DNA from: a bacterium
Lineage (GTDB): Bacteria; Patescibacteriota; Minisyncoccia; Phycocordibacterales; GWA1-40-21
Direction: 5' to 3'
DNA: 64,000 nucleotides
Assembly: GCA_037131755.1 (NCBI GenBank)
Contig: JBAXQJ010000002.1
Span: 8,851 to 72,850, forward strand
Under the pieces are notes generated by a model. It was not told where the DNA came from. It ran no database searches and worked only from the letters and a program-made list of their open reading frames with translations. Shown here piece by piece: positions 20,401 to 30,876 of this stretch. Numbering within the stretch: position 1 is the stretch's first letter; the number at the start of each line of letters is the position of its first letter. The position numbers and the translations under genes were made by a program.

Positions 20401-20568
20401 TGGATATCTATCTGCTCGTAACCCTAGCTTTGATCGTTATATCTATCAGTGCAGTTTTATCTGTACTGATTTTGAGTCGAATGGAAAATAAGCCTGATTT
20501 AGCAGACGATCATACTCAATCTTCGCAAGATTCCGCTGAAGATTTTGATATCACTGTTTTAGAATAAT
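20401..20568 (+). CDS. Candidate 55-aa single-TM micro-protein
   Basis: MDIYLLVTLALIVISISAVLSVLILSRMENK... It is unannotated because it is below the 60-aa cutoff. Weak. Confidence 0.25.
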
Positions 20569-21323
20569 AAGGAACGAATCATTCGTAGGGCCGATTTGAC
20601 GCTGGCTAATTGATAGTTTGGGTAATCTTTTTTGTAGCAGTTTATTATTTTATCTACCGTTCTGGCTATTTTGAATTTATTCTTCCCAGTCTCACTGTTT
20701 GCGCTGACATTATATAAGACGGCATAATCCGGAATGTTGGCAAATTTTGTCTTTAGACCCATTCTAAGCCATAGCTCATAATCCTCGGCCAGCTTGAGAT
20801 TTGCGTTATAGTCTCCTTCAGCCAGATCTTTCCGGTATAGGACGGAAGAGTGAGTGAATTGATTTCTAAGCAACATTTTGTCTCTTATTTGCTGATCGGT
20901 AGTCTCATAACTGATTTTTTCATCCTTACCGTTCTCCAAAAGCTTTATCATAAAAGTCCCAACCAAACCAATTCCCGGATTATTTTCGAGGAGATTATAT
21001 TGTTTTTCAAGTTTTTTGGTATCTATCCAGATATCGTCACTGTCCAAAACGGCAATGTATTTGCCGCAAGCTTTTTGCAGTCCAAAATTTCTGTTTTCCG
21101 ATACGCCCAGGTTGCTTCCGTGTTTAAAATACTTTATGCGTTCGTCTTGCTCGGCATATTTAAGGACTATTTCTTCGGTGTTGTCTGTAGATGCATCATC
21201 CAACACTAATAGCTCCCATTCTTTGAAGGTCTGATTCAGGACACTGTTGATGGCAGCGGAAACACAATTGGCTCTGTTGTAAGAGGCCATCAGTATGCTT
21301 ATTTTTACGTTTCTTGTTTCCAT
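20559..21323 (-). CDS. Glycosyltransferase family 2
   Basis: ISILMASYNRANCV...LLVLDDASTDNT...LDSDD (DxD motif). Confidence 0.75.
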   Translation of the reverse strand: METRNVKISILMASYNRANCVSAAINSVLNQTFKEWELLVLDDASTDNTEEIVLKYAEQDERIKYFKHGSNLGVSENRNFGLQKACGKYIAVLDSDDIWIDTKKLEKQYNLLENNPGIGLVGTFMIKLLENGKDEKISYETTDQQIRDKMLLRNQFTHSSVLYRKDLAEGDYNANLKLAEDYELWLRMGLKTKFANIPDYAVLYNVSANSETGKNKFKIARTVDKIINCYKKDYPNYQLASVKSALRMIRSLLF

Positions 21324-22181
21324 TTAGCGTATTGATATTTTAATCCAATCCGGTGGCAAGAGATCCCTGTATTCTTTGTCGTATTTATTATTCCACTTAT
21401 CAGGGGCAATTACAATCTTTCCGGCGTTTTGATTAAGCCATGCTCCCCAGAAGCTGAATGACGAATTGGCGATGATATTGTGCTTGCACTTGCTCATTAT
21501 CAATAATTCCTCATAATCCTTCATGCCGGGCTGGGAGACGTAATAAGTAGGGAGGCTGACCTGGAGGTTTTTCTTTGCCCATTCTTTATCGTCCGAAAAG
21601 ACAAAAACTTTTGGATCGGGGATTTTTTCGCTAATAACCTTAAGGGCGTCCGCATAGTATTCCAAGCCAAAGACCAGATGATGTTTTTTTGTTTTTGGAT
21701 CGTTTACATAATCTCCCCGACGAATATGCAGTGATACTGAATTAGATTGAGATATCAATTCCATTAATTCTGAATATTTTTCTTCGATCGGTTCTTTGGG
21801 GGTGATCTCTTTAAATAGGATTTCTTTGATCGGTTCCAAATACTTGTAACTCTGCCAAAAGCCCTCCAGGTATTTTTCTTTCGTCGCCAAGGACTTTTTA
21901 TCATAGCCGATATGGTGATGACCCAAGAGTTTGTCTTTAATCTTTCGATATATTTTACATAAGGGTTTCCGGTTGAAAGGACTGTCCTCGAGGTCTTTTG
22001 TCGAAGCCAGGTCAATATGGCAATTGAAACTTCCCAGCTCGTATTCTCTTTGGGTATCTTTTCCTTCAACTTCCGGAAAGTAATATTTAACCTCTGTTTT
22101 GTTGGTAATAGAAAATAATCTGCCAAAAGCATATTGGAACAACTGATTACCTATACCACCTTTTAGTTTGATTATGACCAT
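21324..22181 (-). CDS. Alpha-1,2-fucosyltransferase (GT11)
   Basis: IKLKGGIGNQLFQYAFG and HIRRGDYV are GT11 motifs. The start was chosen at MVIIKLKGG, abutting the upstream stop (taaATG). Confidence 0.7.
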   Translation of the reverse strand: MVIIKLKGGIGNQLFQYAFGRLFSITNKTEVKYYFPEVEGKDTQREYELGSFNCHIDLASTKDLEDSPFNRKPLCKIYRKIKDKLLGHHHIGYDKKSLATKEKYLEGFWQSYKYLEPIKEILFKEITPKEPIEEKYSELMELISQSNSVSLHIRRGDYVNDPKTKKHHLVFGLEYYADALKVISEKIPDPKVFVFSDDKEWAKKNLQVSLPTYYVSQPGMKDYEELLIMSKCKHNIIANSSFSFWGAWLNQNAGKIVIAPDKWNNKYDKEYRDLLPPDWIKISIR

Positions 22182-22182
22182 A

Positions 22183-22905
22183 TTATTTCTTGATAAACCA
22201 AAAACAACCGCAACCATATTTTTGGTTTTTAACCAATTCAGGATTTGAATTCTCGATAAACTTTCCACCATCGGTAATCAGGCTGAATTCTCTCAGGGAT
22301 AAATCTGGGAAATAAGAGATTATCTGTTCGTAAGAATATATTCGATGGGCATTGAATTCTATTTTGGGTTGGCCGACCGGCACAACAAACAACAAAGATC
22401 CGTTTTCGGCCAAGACTCTTTTTAGCTCGGATATGGCCTTTAGGTCTCCATTTGTGTCTATCGGGTCGCCATATCGGCCAAGGCCAATGTGTTCTACCGT
22501 ATGCATGCATGATAGGGAATTGATGGAATTATCGGCAAAAGGCAGCTTGGTGAGATCGGCATTGTTGCTGGTCAGATTTGATAACTTTAGATCAGCCGGC
22601 CGGTAATCATAAAAATCTGTCGGGACAAAGGCCGAGACAATTCCGGAGAAAAACAGGCTTGAAGAAATATCCGTATGCCTTTGCGGATTGATTTCTCGAA
22701 CTTTTCTCGCCGCCCATGAAGTGTGGTATACATAGTGTGCATCGAAACCAGTTTTAACAGTCTTGTCTTTTATGCACGGATAAAAATCAGAAGATTTGAT
22801 TGAAAATCTTTTTTCTCCCTTTTTGAATTTCAGATAGTCAAAAAAAACAAAAGGGGATAGGGCGATCCTTATTATTTTTTTAATGGTTTTTTTCATAGTT
22901 TTCAA
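22183..22905 (-). CDS. Class I SAM-dependent methyltransferase (Methyltransf_11 / DUF268-like)
   Basis: LPFADNSINSLSCMHTVEHI motif region. Confidence 0.5.
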   Translation of the reverse strand: MKTMKKTIKKIIRIALSPFVFFDYLKFKKGEKRFSIKSSDFYPCIKDKTVKTGFDAHYVYHTSWAARKVREINPQRHTDISSSLFFSGIVSAFVPTDFYDYRPADLKLSNLTSNNADLTKLPFADNSINSLSCMHTVEHIGLGRYGDPIDTNGDLKAISELKRVLAENGSLLFVVPVGQPKIEFNAHRIYSYEQIISYFPDLSLREFSLITDGGKFIENSNPELVKNQKYGCGCFWFIKK

Positions 22906-23791
22906 TCAGGCCTATTAGTTTTTGTGCAAAGATTTTATCAGAAAGATTGTGCAGGCAATATTCTCTCGGTCTGAAATCTTTTGCAAGGAAAGCATCAATC
23001 TTTTTGTTGAAATCCTCTGTATCTTTAAAAAACATTCCACATTCTTCGGTGAGGTAAGGAGCACTTATCTTATCATCGAGCCATGTTTTGCCATTATATT
23101 CCCAGTAACCACGGTTCCAGACAAATGTCGGTACTCCTCGAATCCAGGCTTCTTGCAATGCTATGCCTTGGCTTTCAGAAGGTGACAGATATATCAAATG
23201 CCTATATTTTTCTAGTAGTTTGTAGTATTCATCCTGTTTAAAATTTCCGTAATTGATTATTTGGTATGGGGTTTTATTCGTAATGGATTTTACAATCTCT
23301 TTGAGCATTATTTCATCACTGCTCTTATTATATATAAGAATGCCATTCCTATTTACATCTTTCGCTGCGGGATCTTTTACGCCGGCAGGTAAAATGGCTA
23401 TCTTGTTTTCTAATTGCGGGTATTTTGAACAATACAGATCTTTGTTCCATTGAGATGGCAGTATAATCACATCAATACCCTCACTAAGAAGTATTTCCTG
23501 GGCTTCATTGGGTAGTATGACGATCGCTGGTCCGACAATCAGTAAATTAATCAGCCCTTTCTTTTTTTGTTCCAGAGCGTATTTAAGGGTGTTTATTCCG
23601 CTAATTACATAGGTAATTTCAGAGACTCTTTTGTTGGTTGAAAATTCAATATTCAGTTCTCTCAAACCCCTTTCCATACTTTCCAGAACGGAAATTGGGC
23701 CAGTTTTTCTATTTAGCCAGGCACGGATTTTTTCTTTGACATAGTCTAAGGAAAAAACGGTCGGTTTTCTTGTGAGCAGGGAAATATTCAT
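22880..23791 (-). CDS. Glycosyltransferase, GT-B fold (GT4-like)
   Basis: C-terminal SPSESQGIALQEA (E-x7-E-like) motif. Confidence 0.55.
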   Translation of the reverse strand: MNISLLTRKPTVFSLDYVKEKIRAWLNRKTGPISVLESMERGLRELNIEFSTNKRVSEITYVISGINTLKYALEQKKKGLINLLIVGPAIVILPNEAQEILLSEGIDVIILPSQWNKDLYCSKYPQLENKIAILPAGVKDPAAKDVNRNGILIYNKSSDEIMLKEIVKSITNKTPYQIINYGNFKQDEYYKLLEKYRHLIYLSPSESQGIALQEAWIRGVPTFVWNRGYWEYNGKTWLDDKISAPYLTEECGMFFKDTEDFNKKIDAFLAKDFRPREYCLHNLSDKIFAQKLIGLIENYEKNH

Positions 23792-23792
23792 T

Positions 23793-24851
23793 TTATTTAT
23801 TCTTAAACCAACGGTATTTCAAATTCTCCAGGAATTTTATTTTTTTGAAAGGACTATATAGAGATGCCAGGGTTCTCTTGAAAACATTCTTGATTTTTGA
23901 GTATTTCAACAAGATACGCTCGCCTTCTTCTAACTCGGCAATTCTCACTGGGTTTATGGTTCTTCGCTTCGCTTTTTCAAGTGGCTGATCAAAGATGTTT
24001 CTCAGGAAATATTCAAAGCCGGACAAAATATCTTTCGGATTATAGCCTTCGGCGAATATCGGTTGGTTGATGATTTTCAGATACATAGCATCGTCGCTGT
24101 CTATTTCCTTGATTTTTTCAACGACTTGGTCAAATGACTCATAGTCGTGGCAATTTATGAAACGTTTGGTATTGAACTCTCTTGCTATCTCCGGATTTCC
24201 CCAGTATATGGGAATTGTGTTGGCCAGGAGAGAGCAGACGATCTTTTCGGTCGTATAGCCCGGTCGGGAAGAATTCTCAAAAGCGATTGAAAATTTGTGT
24301 TTTGACTCGAATTCAAACTTGTTGTCGACATTATAACCGGTATTGTTCAAATATTTTCCTCCAGCAGCGACTTTCTTGTATTTACTTAGCTTGTCAAAAA
24401 AAACTTTTCTGTTGTCATCGGCACGATAGTTTGAATAGACGAAACTGCAAAAATCAGTCTTGCCTTTCAGGTCTTGTCCCGTAAACTCCCTAGGCCTGGT
24501 CAGGTCTAAGCCCGCAGTCATTTCTAGTTCTTTTTTTTGATAAAAAGTCGCCATTAGATAAACTGGCAGGCGATAGTAGCGGTCAGCAAAATTCAAGTAG
24601 TCAAAGCCGATAGCATAATCAGCCAGGTTGAAATTTGCACTAAGGTTTTCCCCTGTGTAGTTTATCCTGATCCCACCATAATTCAGGTAATCTTTGGAGG
24701 AATCGTGGAAAAAAAAATAGTCCGGATTGTTTTTGCAAACCTCCACTTCGTAGTATTTGGTCAGGATATTATGAATGAAATTATTATAGGTCAGCGGGGT
24801 AGTGTGGTCGGTATTGTTGTAAGGGCAGTATTTGACTTTGATCTTTTTCAT
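23793..24851 (-). CDS. Alpha-1,3/4-fucosyltransferase (GT10)
   Basis: KFSIAFENSSRPGYTTEKI matches the GT10 FxxxFENSxxxxYxTEK motif. Confidence 0.7.
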   Translation of the reverse strand: MKKIKVKYCPYNNTDHTTPLTYNNFIHNILTKYYEVEVCKNNPDYFFFHDSSKDYLNYGGIRINYTGENLSANFNLADYAIGFDYLNFADRYYRLPVYLMATFYQKKELEMTAGLDLTRPREFTGQDLKGKTDFCSFVYSNYRADDNRKVFFDKLSKYKKVAAGGKYLNNTGYNVDNKFEFESKHKFSIAFENSSRPGYTTEKIVCSLLANTIPIYWGNPEIAREFNTKRFINCHDYESFDQVVEKIKEIDSDDAMYLKIINQPIFAEGYNPKDILSGFEYFLRNIFDQPLEKAKRRTINPVRIAELEEGERILLKYSKIKNVFKRTLASLYSPFKKIKFLENLKYRWFKNK

Positions 24852-24852
24852 A

Positions 24853-25776
24853 TTATTTGATGTGGGCTATTATCTGATTGAGATACTTTGGATCGGAGCA
24901 TGACTCAGGATTGCGCTCGTTTATTTCATTGAAATATTTGTTTTTAACCGGAACGATTTTATTTTCTTTCCTGAGGAACATCTCGTATTCCATGTCTATA
25001 TGGCCTATGTCTATCACCCTATATCCTAGCATAAATAAGTCATAAGCTAATACCTTGGCGGCTGGACCGAGAGATAGCAAAATAAGCCTGTCCGTCGGAG
25101 CTTTTAGCGCCTCTTTCTTGATTTCTTCGTATTTAGAATAGGCATTTTCTGATGGACAAAGGATCCTGGATACAGACTTTGCCTTGTCAAACATGTCATT
25201 GCCGACGCCGAGACGGCTTTTGCTGCCCTCGATAAGGATTACTTCTTTGCCTTGCCAAATGGAGAAGAGCTTTTGGAAAATAACCCCTGCCTGGCTGGCA
25301 TCTTTGTATGATAAATACGGCCTGGATATAAATGCGTCACCATATATTTGATCTTTAGATAAGAGTCTGGACCAGGATTTTTTATATTTAAATAGGTGGT
25401 GCAAGGAAAACCAGAAATAATTTTTATTGAAATTTTCTAGACGACCCCAGATATTTGGTATGCAGATCAAGAGATTTGGGAGTTTTGATTGTAAGACAGC
25501 CTTTAACCTCGAAGATAGCTGGTCGTTTTGTTTTTGAAAGGCCAAGTCCTCCTTCTCGATTAAGGACATCTCTCCGTCGCCAAACCTTATGACGGAAAGA
25601 TTCTTCTGGCAAATAACATCCAGGGTTTTGATTGGCGTTAAAACCTTGAACCCCAGTCTGGTCTTTTTTTGAAAGTAGATACTGTATAAATATGAAAAAT
25701 ATGCCACAATCGGTCCGAGCTTTCTTCTTAGTGGTAGTGGAATATTTTTCCTAATATATTTGACAGTTTTTTCCAT
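24853..25776 (-). CDS. Putative GT-D type glycosyltransferase (DUF1792-like)
   Basis: IRFGDGEMSL near the N-terminus. About 300 aa. Confidence 0.4.
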   Translation of the reverse strand: MEKTVKYIRKNIPLPLRRKLGPIVAYFSYLYSIYFQKKTRLGFKVLTPIKTLDVICQKNLSVIRFGDGEMSLIEKEDLAFQKQNDQLSSRLKAVLQSKLPNLLICIPNIWGRLENFNKNYFWFSLHHLFKYKKSWSRLLSKDQIYGDAFISRPYLSYKDASQAGVIFQKLFSIWQGKEVILIEGSKSRLGVGNDMFDKAKSVSRILCPSENAYSKYEEIKKEALKAPTDRLILLSLGPAAKVLAYDLFMLGYRVIDIGHIDMEYEMFLRKENKIVPVKNKYFNEINERNPESCSDPKYLNQIIAHIK

Positions 25777-25777
25777 A

Positions 25778-26740
25778 TCAAAATAAATTTCTTATCTTAT
25801 TCTTAATATAATTCAATTTTATTAACCAACCCGGTAATACCTTAGGAGAGGGGGGGCGACCGATTCTCCTGACGAATTCTTCCTGAAAAACCTTCTCTGC
25901 CCATATGTCTAGCGGTTCAAAATATCCAATTCCATATTTATCGAACCATCTTATAATTTCCTTAAATCTCCAGTCCTCTTTGTAGTCATATTCTGTGATT
26001 GAGTCGTTATTTATTTCAAAAGCCGAATCACTGTCAATGGGAACTTTTCTTATATTTTTTCTGTCTTTTTGGACATCATAGGTAGTATTTATCCTCAAGG
26101 CTGATCGGTCAGCTTTGATCAGTTCAGAACACATATACCAGACTCTTTTCATCAAAAATCGCTCTTTGTTTAAAAATTGGAAATGGATCACTGAACCCTG
26201 TTTCCTGTCTATAACAATTCTGTTCTCTGGGCTTGTGGGCGTTCTGCTTACACCGACAAAAGCATAGGGAAAAGTCAGATTAGCTTCGTCACAGAACACG
26301 AAACATTTATTGATATTGTGGTATACGTCGTCTTTTCTTTCGTTCTTAATATCTCCATATAGATTTACCCAATCCATCCATAGGCCTTGAGAGGGCTTAA
26401 GGGAGTATATTATTTCTCTACCTTGTTTGATGAAATTATTTGAAAAAATTTCGTCAGCATCTAAGCATATGAAATGTGTTCCGCCATCCTTTCGGCCCTC
26501 TTCCAATAAGTCTTGCCTGATCTTGTGTTCGGCAAAGTAAGATTCTGTCTTGTAGTTCTTCTCTATTATTTTAGCGCCAGCTTTCTCCAGCAATTTTCGG
26601 CTGTCATCGGTTGAATTATCGTCGTAGGCAATTATGTGGTCGGTAATCTTTTTAACGGAGTTTATATATTCTCCTATTATCCATCCCTCATTCTTAAAAG
26701 GGAGAAGGGCTATTATTTTTTTGCTGTTATTTTTGGTCAT
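25778..26740 (-). CDS. Glycosyltransferase family 2
   Basis: IALLPFKNEG...AYDDNSTDDS...CLDADE (DxD). Confidence 0.65.
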   Translation of the reverse strand: MTKNNSKKIIALLPFKNEGWIIGEYINSVKKITDHIIAYDDNSTDDSRKLLEKAGAKIIEKNYKTESYFAEHKIRQDLLEEGRKDGGTHFICLDADEIFSNNFIKQGREIIYSLKPSQGLWMDWVNLYGDIKNERKDDVYHNINKCFVFCDEANLTFPYAFVGVSRTPTSPENRIVIDRKQGSVIHFQFLNKERFLMKRVWYMCSELIKADRSALRINTTYDVQKDRKNIRKVPIDSDSAFEINNDSITEYDYKEDWRFKEIIRWFDKYGIGYFEPLDIWAEKVFQEEFVRRIGRPPSPKVLPGWLIKLNYIKNKIRNLF

Positions 26741-26747
26741 ATTTTAT

Positions 26748-27650
26748 TTAGATCCAGGCATAAAGGGTCTTTTTGTCCAAGACGATGTTATATTCCGGGA
26801 CATATTTCTTTATCATGCCGAATAAAACTTCCGGGTCATCTGGCAGATGGTATGTCCTTATGGAAATTTTCGGCTTAAACTTTTTTATGACTTCCTCTGC
26901 TCCTGATATCAAATCTCTTTCCGCCCCCTCTATATCTGCTTTAATAAAATCTAGTCTTGTTATGTTGTTGTCTTTTATATACTGATCCAAAGTTATTTGC
27001 TGTAGTTTTACGACTTTATCTGAACCACCCTTGTTTATTGTCGATGAGGCGTTGTAATTTTCTTCTAGATTGTAGTAAAAATCAACTTTTTTATTTACGT
27101 TACCTAAAATTTTTTCCTCTATGTATATATTGTTGCACCCATTGGCATCAATGTTTTCACGTAAAACAGCGCTGACTTCTGGTAGCGGTTCGAAGGCGAA
27201 AATTTTGCCATCCTCGCCGACCTTATCACTTGCTATGATTGAAAACATTCCAATGTTTGCACCGGCATCAATCACATAATCTCCTTTTTTCATTTTCGCA
27301 CCAAAGTTTTCGTAATTACCCTCTGATTCATAGAAAGGGTTCTCGTACACAAGAGATTCTATTCTGGGATCCTGTATTTGAAGATTGGGGTAGACTATGT
27401 CAAAGAAATCTCCTTCATAGAAACATCCGTGGGGAAAGATGAAATTATACTTTCCGGATTTTATTATTGTGCGATCACCAGATTTGGCTATATTTATAGA
27501 CTTGATGTTTTTTACCAAGGTAGTAAAAAATAAATTTTCACCAAACTTTTCCCTCAAGAAACCTGGCAGCAAAAAAACAAAACTAAAACCCTTTTTAAAG
27601 TTCTTAATGTAATAGATTCTCTGTTTTAGTGCTTTGATAATTCCATTCAT
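26748..27650 (-). CDS. FkbM-family methyltransferase
   Basis: VIDAGANIGMFS...FAFEP. Confidence 0.65.
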   Translation of the reverse strand: MNGIIKALKQRIYYIKNFKKGFSFVFLLPGFLREKFGENLFFTTLVKNIKSINIAKSGDRTIIKSGKYNFIFPHGCFYEGDFFDIVYPNLQIQDPRIESLVYENPFYESEGNYENFGAKMKKGDYVIDAGANIGMFSIIASDKVGEDGKIFAFEPLPEVSAVLRENIDANGCNNIYIEEKILGNVNKKVDFYYNLEENYNASSTINKGGSDKVVKLQQITLDQYIKDNNITRLDFIKADIEGAERDLISGAEEVIKKFKPKISIRTYHLPDDPEVLFGMIKKYVPEYNIVLDKKTLYAWI

Positions 27651-28261
27651 TATTTTTTTATAAGAGTAATTATATCATTCGATACTATCATCTTGTATTG
27701 GGGGTTTGTCTTTCTGACAAACCTTGCCAAGTTTAGTAGCCAGGGATAATTATGCGTTCCAATAAAGAGTCTGGCGTCATCAATAAGGATAATATGATCT
27801 TGTTCCATCTTCAGTATAGGACGCAACTCTTCAAGAATCGGGGTTTCTTTTTTTGCTTTTGCCGTATTGCCATATGAATAATGTCCATCCAGCCAAAAGA
27901 CGCAGGGTTCATTGATTTGTTTCATTAAAAGCGGCAATTCCTCTGCGCTGTCCCCGGTGATAATTTTAACATTGTTTTTGTCTTTAAAACGAAGTTTTGC
28001 TTTATTTGCATACTCCTCGCTTAATTCTATTGAATAAATGTTTTTAAAATCATTGATGACAAAATCAACAGTGTCACCCATCCAGGTGCCGGTTTCAATA
28101 AAGCTAGAGATATCCGGCCTTGTCTTGTAAGTTTCTCTTATGTACCTCCTCTTATTTTCTTGCGGACAGGATAACAGAGAATCTTTTATCTCGATACCGT
28201 ATATTTTGTATAAGTATAATAATACGGGATTAATTTTTTCTCTGAGGTATTGTTTATTCAT
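27650..28261 (-). CDS. Class I SAM-dependent (O-)methyltransferase, CmcI/TylF-like
   Basis: ETGTWMGDTV, LDGHYSY, LIDDAR. Confidence 0.45.
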   Translation of the reverse strand: MNKQYLREKINPVLLYLYKIYGIEIKDSLLSCPQENKRRYIRETYKTRPDISSFIETGTWMGDTVDFVINDFKNIYSIELSEEYANKAKLRFKDKNNVKIITGDSAEELPLLMKQINEPCVFWLDGHYSYGNTAKAKKETPILEELRPILKMEQDHIILIDDARLFIGTHNYPWLLNLARFVRKTNPQYKMIVSNDIITLIKK

Positions 28262-29129
28262 AATGATTTTTTTTGATTATCCTATTGATTTCTTTTAATG
28301 CTAAAAAAGACTTTATAAAGGTGCTGTTGATAAATCTGATTATAAGGGGGGATTTTGATTGTCTTACAAAAACATAGTCTAGCCTCTTGAAATTTAATCT
28401 CAGATTCCATAAATATTGTTTCGGATCATCTTTTTTGTCCGTATAAAAATTGGCAAACGGCTCAATGATAGCGTTAGGAATCATTTTTTCGATTAGTGCA
28501 CAAAATAAGGTATTGTCATGCCTAAAATACTTGGCATTCCTGATGAAGTAGTTTTTATTAACCCCCTTGTTTTTCCACTGTTCGTTTTTTGAGAAACCCA
28601 AACATAGTCCAGCTAAGCCACAATCGAATAGTTTTTTGGTAAAATCTGTTATTAATGGGTCATCTTTTTTGAAACCGAAGATGCCGGCAGTTACGATTCC
28701 CTGGTCTAGGTATTCATCGCTTATCTTGAATATGTTTACATATTCTCTTGGTATTATATCCCCGTTCTTTACCGTGTCGCCGGCGCTGACAAGTAAGTAG
28801 CCCTGCTTGTCTATTATGTCAAACAATCCTTCGAGCGTTTTTGTTGCCTGATTTCCGGCATCTAGATATAAATTTAATTCAGCAAGGGGATTGTTGAATA
28901 TGTATGTTTTCCAGGTATAACAGCTCCTCCAAAAAGGTGCAAAATGAGGAATATTGAGAAGTGAGACGCCGGGGATGTCACTGATTTCTTTTTTGAATGT
29001 GGCAAAGAGGCCCAGGTCATACACATATATGTGGGGGTGATCCGGATACTTGTCCTTAATTGAACCGATGAGGTTTATCAAAGACGGAAAGAATTTATTT
29101 GATGCTGAAGTTATAATACATTTATCCAT
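28254..29129 (-). CDS. Hypothetical protein, possible nucleotide-diphospho-sugar transferase
   Basis: Lies within the glycan cluster. Has an LDAG motif. Weak. Confidence 0.3.
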   Translation of the reverse strand: MDKCIITSASNKFFPSLINLIGSIKDKYPDHPHIYVYDLGLFATFKKEISDIPGVSLLNIPHFAPFWRSCYTWKTYIFNNPLAELNLYLDAGNQATKTLEGLFDIIDKQGYLLVSAGDTVKNGDIIPREYVNIFKISDEYLDQGIVTAGIFGFKKDDPLITDFTKKLFDCGLAGLCLGFSKNEQWKNKGVNKNYFIRNAKYFRHDNTLFCALIEKMIPNAIIEPFANFYTDKKDDPKQYLWNLRLNFKRLDYVFVRQSKSPLIIRFINSTFIKSFLALKEINRIIKKNHYE

Positions 29130-30045
29130 TTTGTTTGCTTGAAATTAATTCAAACCAATAATTTATATACAAGGCCTCGGAATCAAATTTTGTTTTAAGC
29201 TCGTCGTATTTCCTGGTTATTTCTTTCTCGTCCCAGGTTTCCAGCTCTTTCCAGTCATCAACAAGAACTATCGGTAGGCCGATTTTTTCAAAATATTCCG
29301 TCGTCGCGTTTCTTTCGACAATGGGAATCGATCTCAGATACAAGGCTTCCCAGGTCCGATGGCAATCAATGCCGTTTCCTTCGGGAGAGGCTATGAATTT
29401 GTATTCGGAAATTGTTTTCAAATAGTCCTCCTGCTCAAGCTGTTCGAGGGTTTTGACTACACTGTACTTTTTTAATTCTTCTTTGATTGCCGAACGCTTG
29501 GCGTTTGTCTCTTCGGAGAAGCAAGACAAAACGAGACTTTTTTTGTTGCTTGAAAGTGATAATCTTGATAACTCAGATAGATAGGCGCGTCCCTTATAAC
29601 GAAAGTTTGAAAGACCGATTGGCACAGGGGAGACCTTTGGATCGTTAATTAGTATGTTTTGCCCGAACCAATGGATGATTTTATCATCAGCAAAACCAGC
29701 AAAACGCGAATCAATATTTTCGTCACTATTATGAGAGACTAAAACATAGCGGTTGCTTATCTTGGGGTGGATCTTTTTGAAATAAGTTAGGAGGAAATCT
29801 CCCCTTACGAACACGACATCATTAGCCCCGACTTTTTTTGTGCACACTGTCGATACTTCGTCATAGTAATGGTTGGCTATGGTCCTGACCCCGTCACCGG
29901 TAATTTTTGGAAAACTGCCCGGCTTGTCGATCGTAAGCCAAAAGTTTGCTTGTCTAGCCATCCAAACCTTCATTTTAAAAAGGGTAGAGTAATATAGGCG
30001 GAATCTGCAATTAACCAGTTTGTTTTTTAAAGATTTGATATCCAT
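29122..30045 (-). CDS. Exostosin-like (GT47-like) glycosyltransferase
   Basis: FIASPEGNGIDCHRTWEALYLRSIPIV matches the exostosin C-terminal pattern F..P.G.G....R..EA....IP. Confidence 0.4.
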   Translation of the reverse strand: MDIKSLKNKLVNCRFRLYYSTLFKMKVWMARQANFWLTIDKPGSFPKITGDGVRTIANHYYDEVSTVCTKKVGANDVVFVRGDFLLTYFKKIHPKISNRYVLVSHNSDENIDSRFAGFADDKIIHWFGQNILINDPKVSPVPIGLSNFRYKGRAYLSELSRLSLSSNKKSLVLSCFSEETNAKRSAIKEELKKYSVVKTLEQLEQEDYLKTISEYKFIASPEGNGIDCHRTWEALYLRSIPIVERNATTEYFEKIGLPIVLVDDWKELETWDEKEITRKYDELKTKFDSEALYINYWFELISSKQNG

Positions 30046-30047
30046 TG

Positions 30048-30872
30048 TTATATAATCTTATGCCTGAGCAGTTTTAATGCAAGTATTGTCGCCAAAAATG
30101 TCCTCTTACCAAAAACAAAGCGTTGGTCTAAACAAAGACTTTTCAAATACGCAATATTCTTATTAATATTATCTTCTCTTTCTTTGGCTGGATCGAAGGA
30201 CTTTTTGGAATATATCCCGAAGATGTTTTTGCCGTGCTGGCGGTAATCCTGGAGTATCTTATCTATATGATGGTGTTTGGCTGGATAGATTGCGAGTTGT
30301 ATCCAGGAATCGTGACCTGGAGCTAGGTCGTTTATGGGCAGAGCTTTGTCGAGGGTGTTTTTCCTATAAGAGGTTGCACAGCCCAGCTTACAGTTTCCGT
30401 TGGACATCCTATAAATACCTAACGGCTGGTAATAGTCGGGATTGATATCAGTCATCTTATTAATTACTTTACCTTCCGAATCGGTAATTTGAAACTCGTT
30501 GTAAATCCAGTTTGTGTCCGGATTATCTTTGTATATCCTCATGTGTTCCTCTATCTTGTTTGGGTGCCAAACATCGTCTTGGTCGCAGAGGAAGATTATT
30601 TCACCACGGCAGGAAAGTATCGCCCGTTCAAAATTTTTCTTGAATCCTTGGGGGTGGGGATTAACCGAAAAAAATATTCGATCATCGAGGCGCTGATATT
30701 TTTCTATGATGCTTGCGGTATCGTCTGAGCTCTTGTCGTCACTGATTACAATCTCAATATTCCGGTATGATTGGTTCAAGAGAGAATCTATCTGTTTGTC
30801 TAAGAAAGCTTCTCCGTTATAAGTGGCAAGAGCGATAGAAACCAAAATATTTCGATCTGTTTTATCGGGCAT
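30048..30872 (-). CDS. Glycosyltransferase family 2
   Basis: VSIALATYNGEAFL...VISDDKSSDDT...CDQDD. Confidence 0.7.
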   Translation of the reverse strand: MPDKTDRNILVSIALATYNGEAFLDKQIDSLLNQSYRNIEIVISDDKSSDDTASIIEKYQRLDDRIFFSVNPHPQGFKKNFERAILSCRGEIIFLCDQDDVWHPNKIEEHMRIYKDNPDTNWIYNEFQITDSEGKVINKMTDINPDYYQPLGIYRMSNGNCKLGCATSYRKNTLDKALPINDLAPGHDSWIQLAIYPAKHHHIDKILQDYRQHGKNIFGIYSKKSFDPAKEREDNINKNIAYLKSLCLDQRFVFGKRTFLATILALKLLRHKII

Positions 30873-30876
30873 AATT

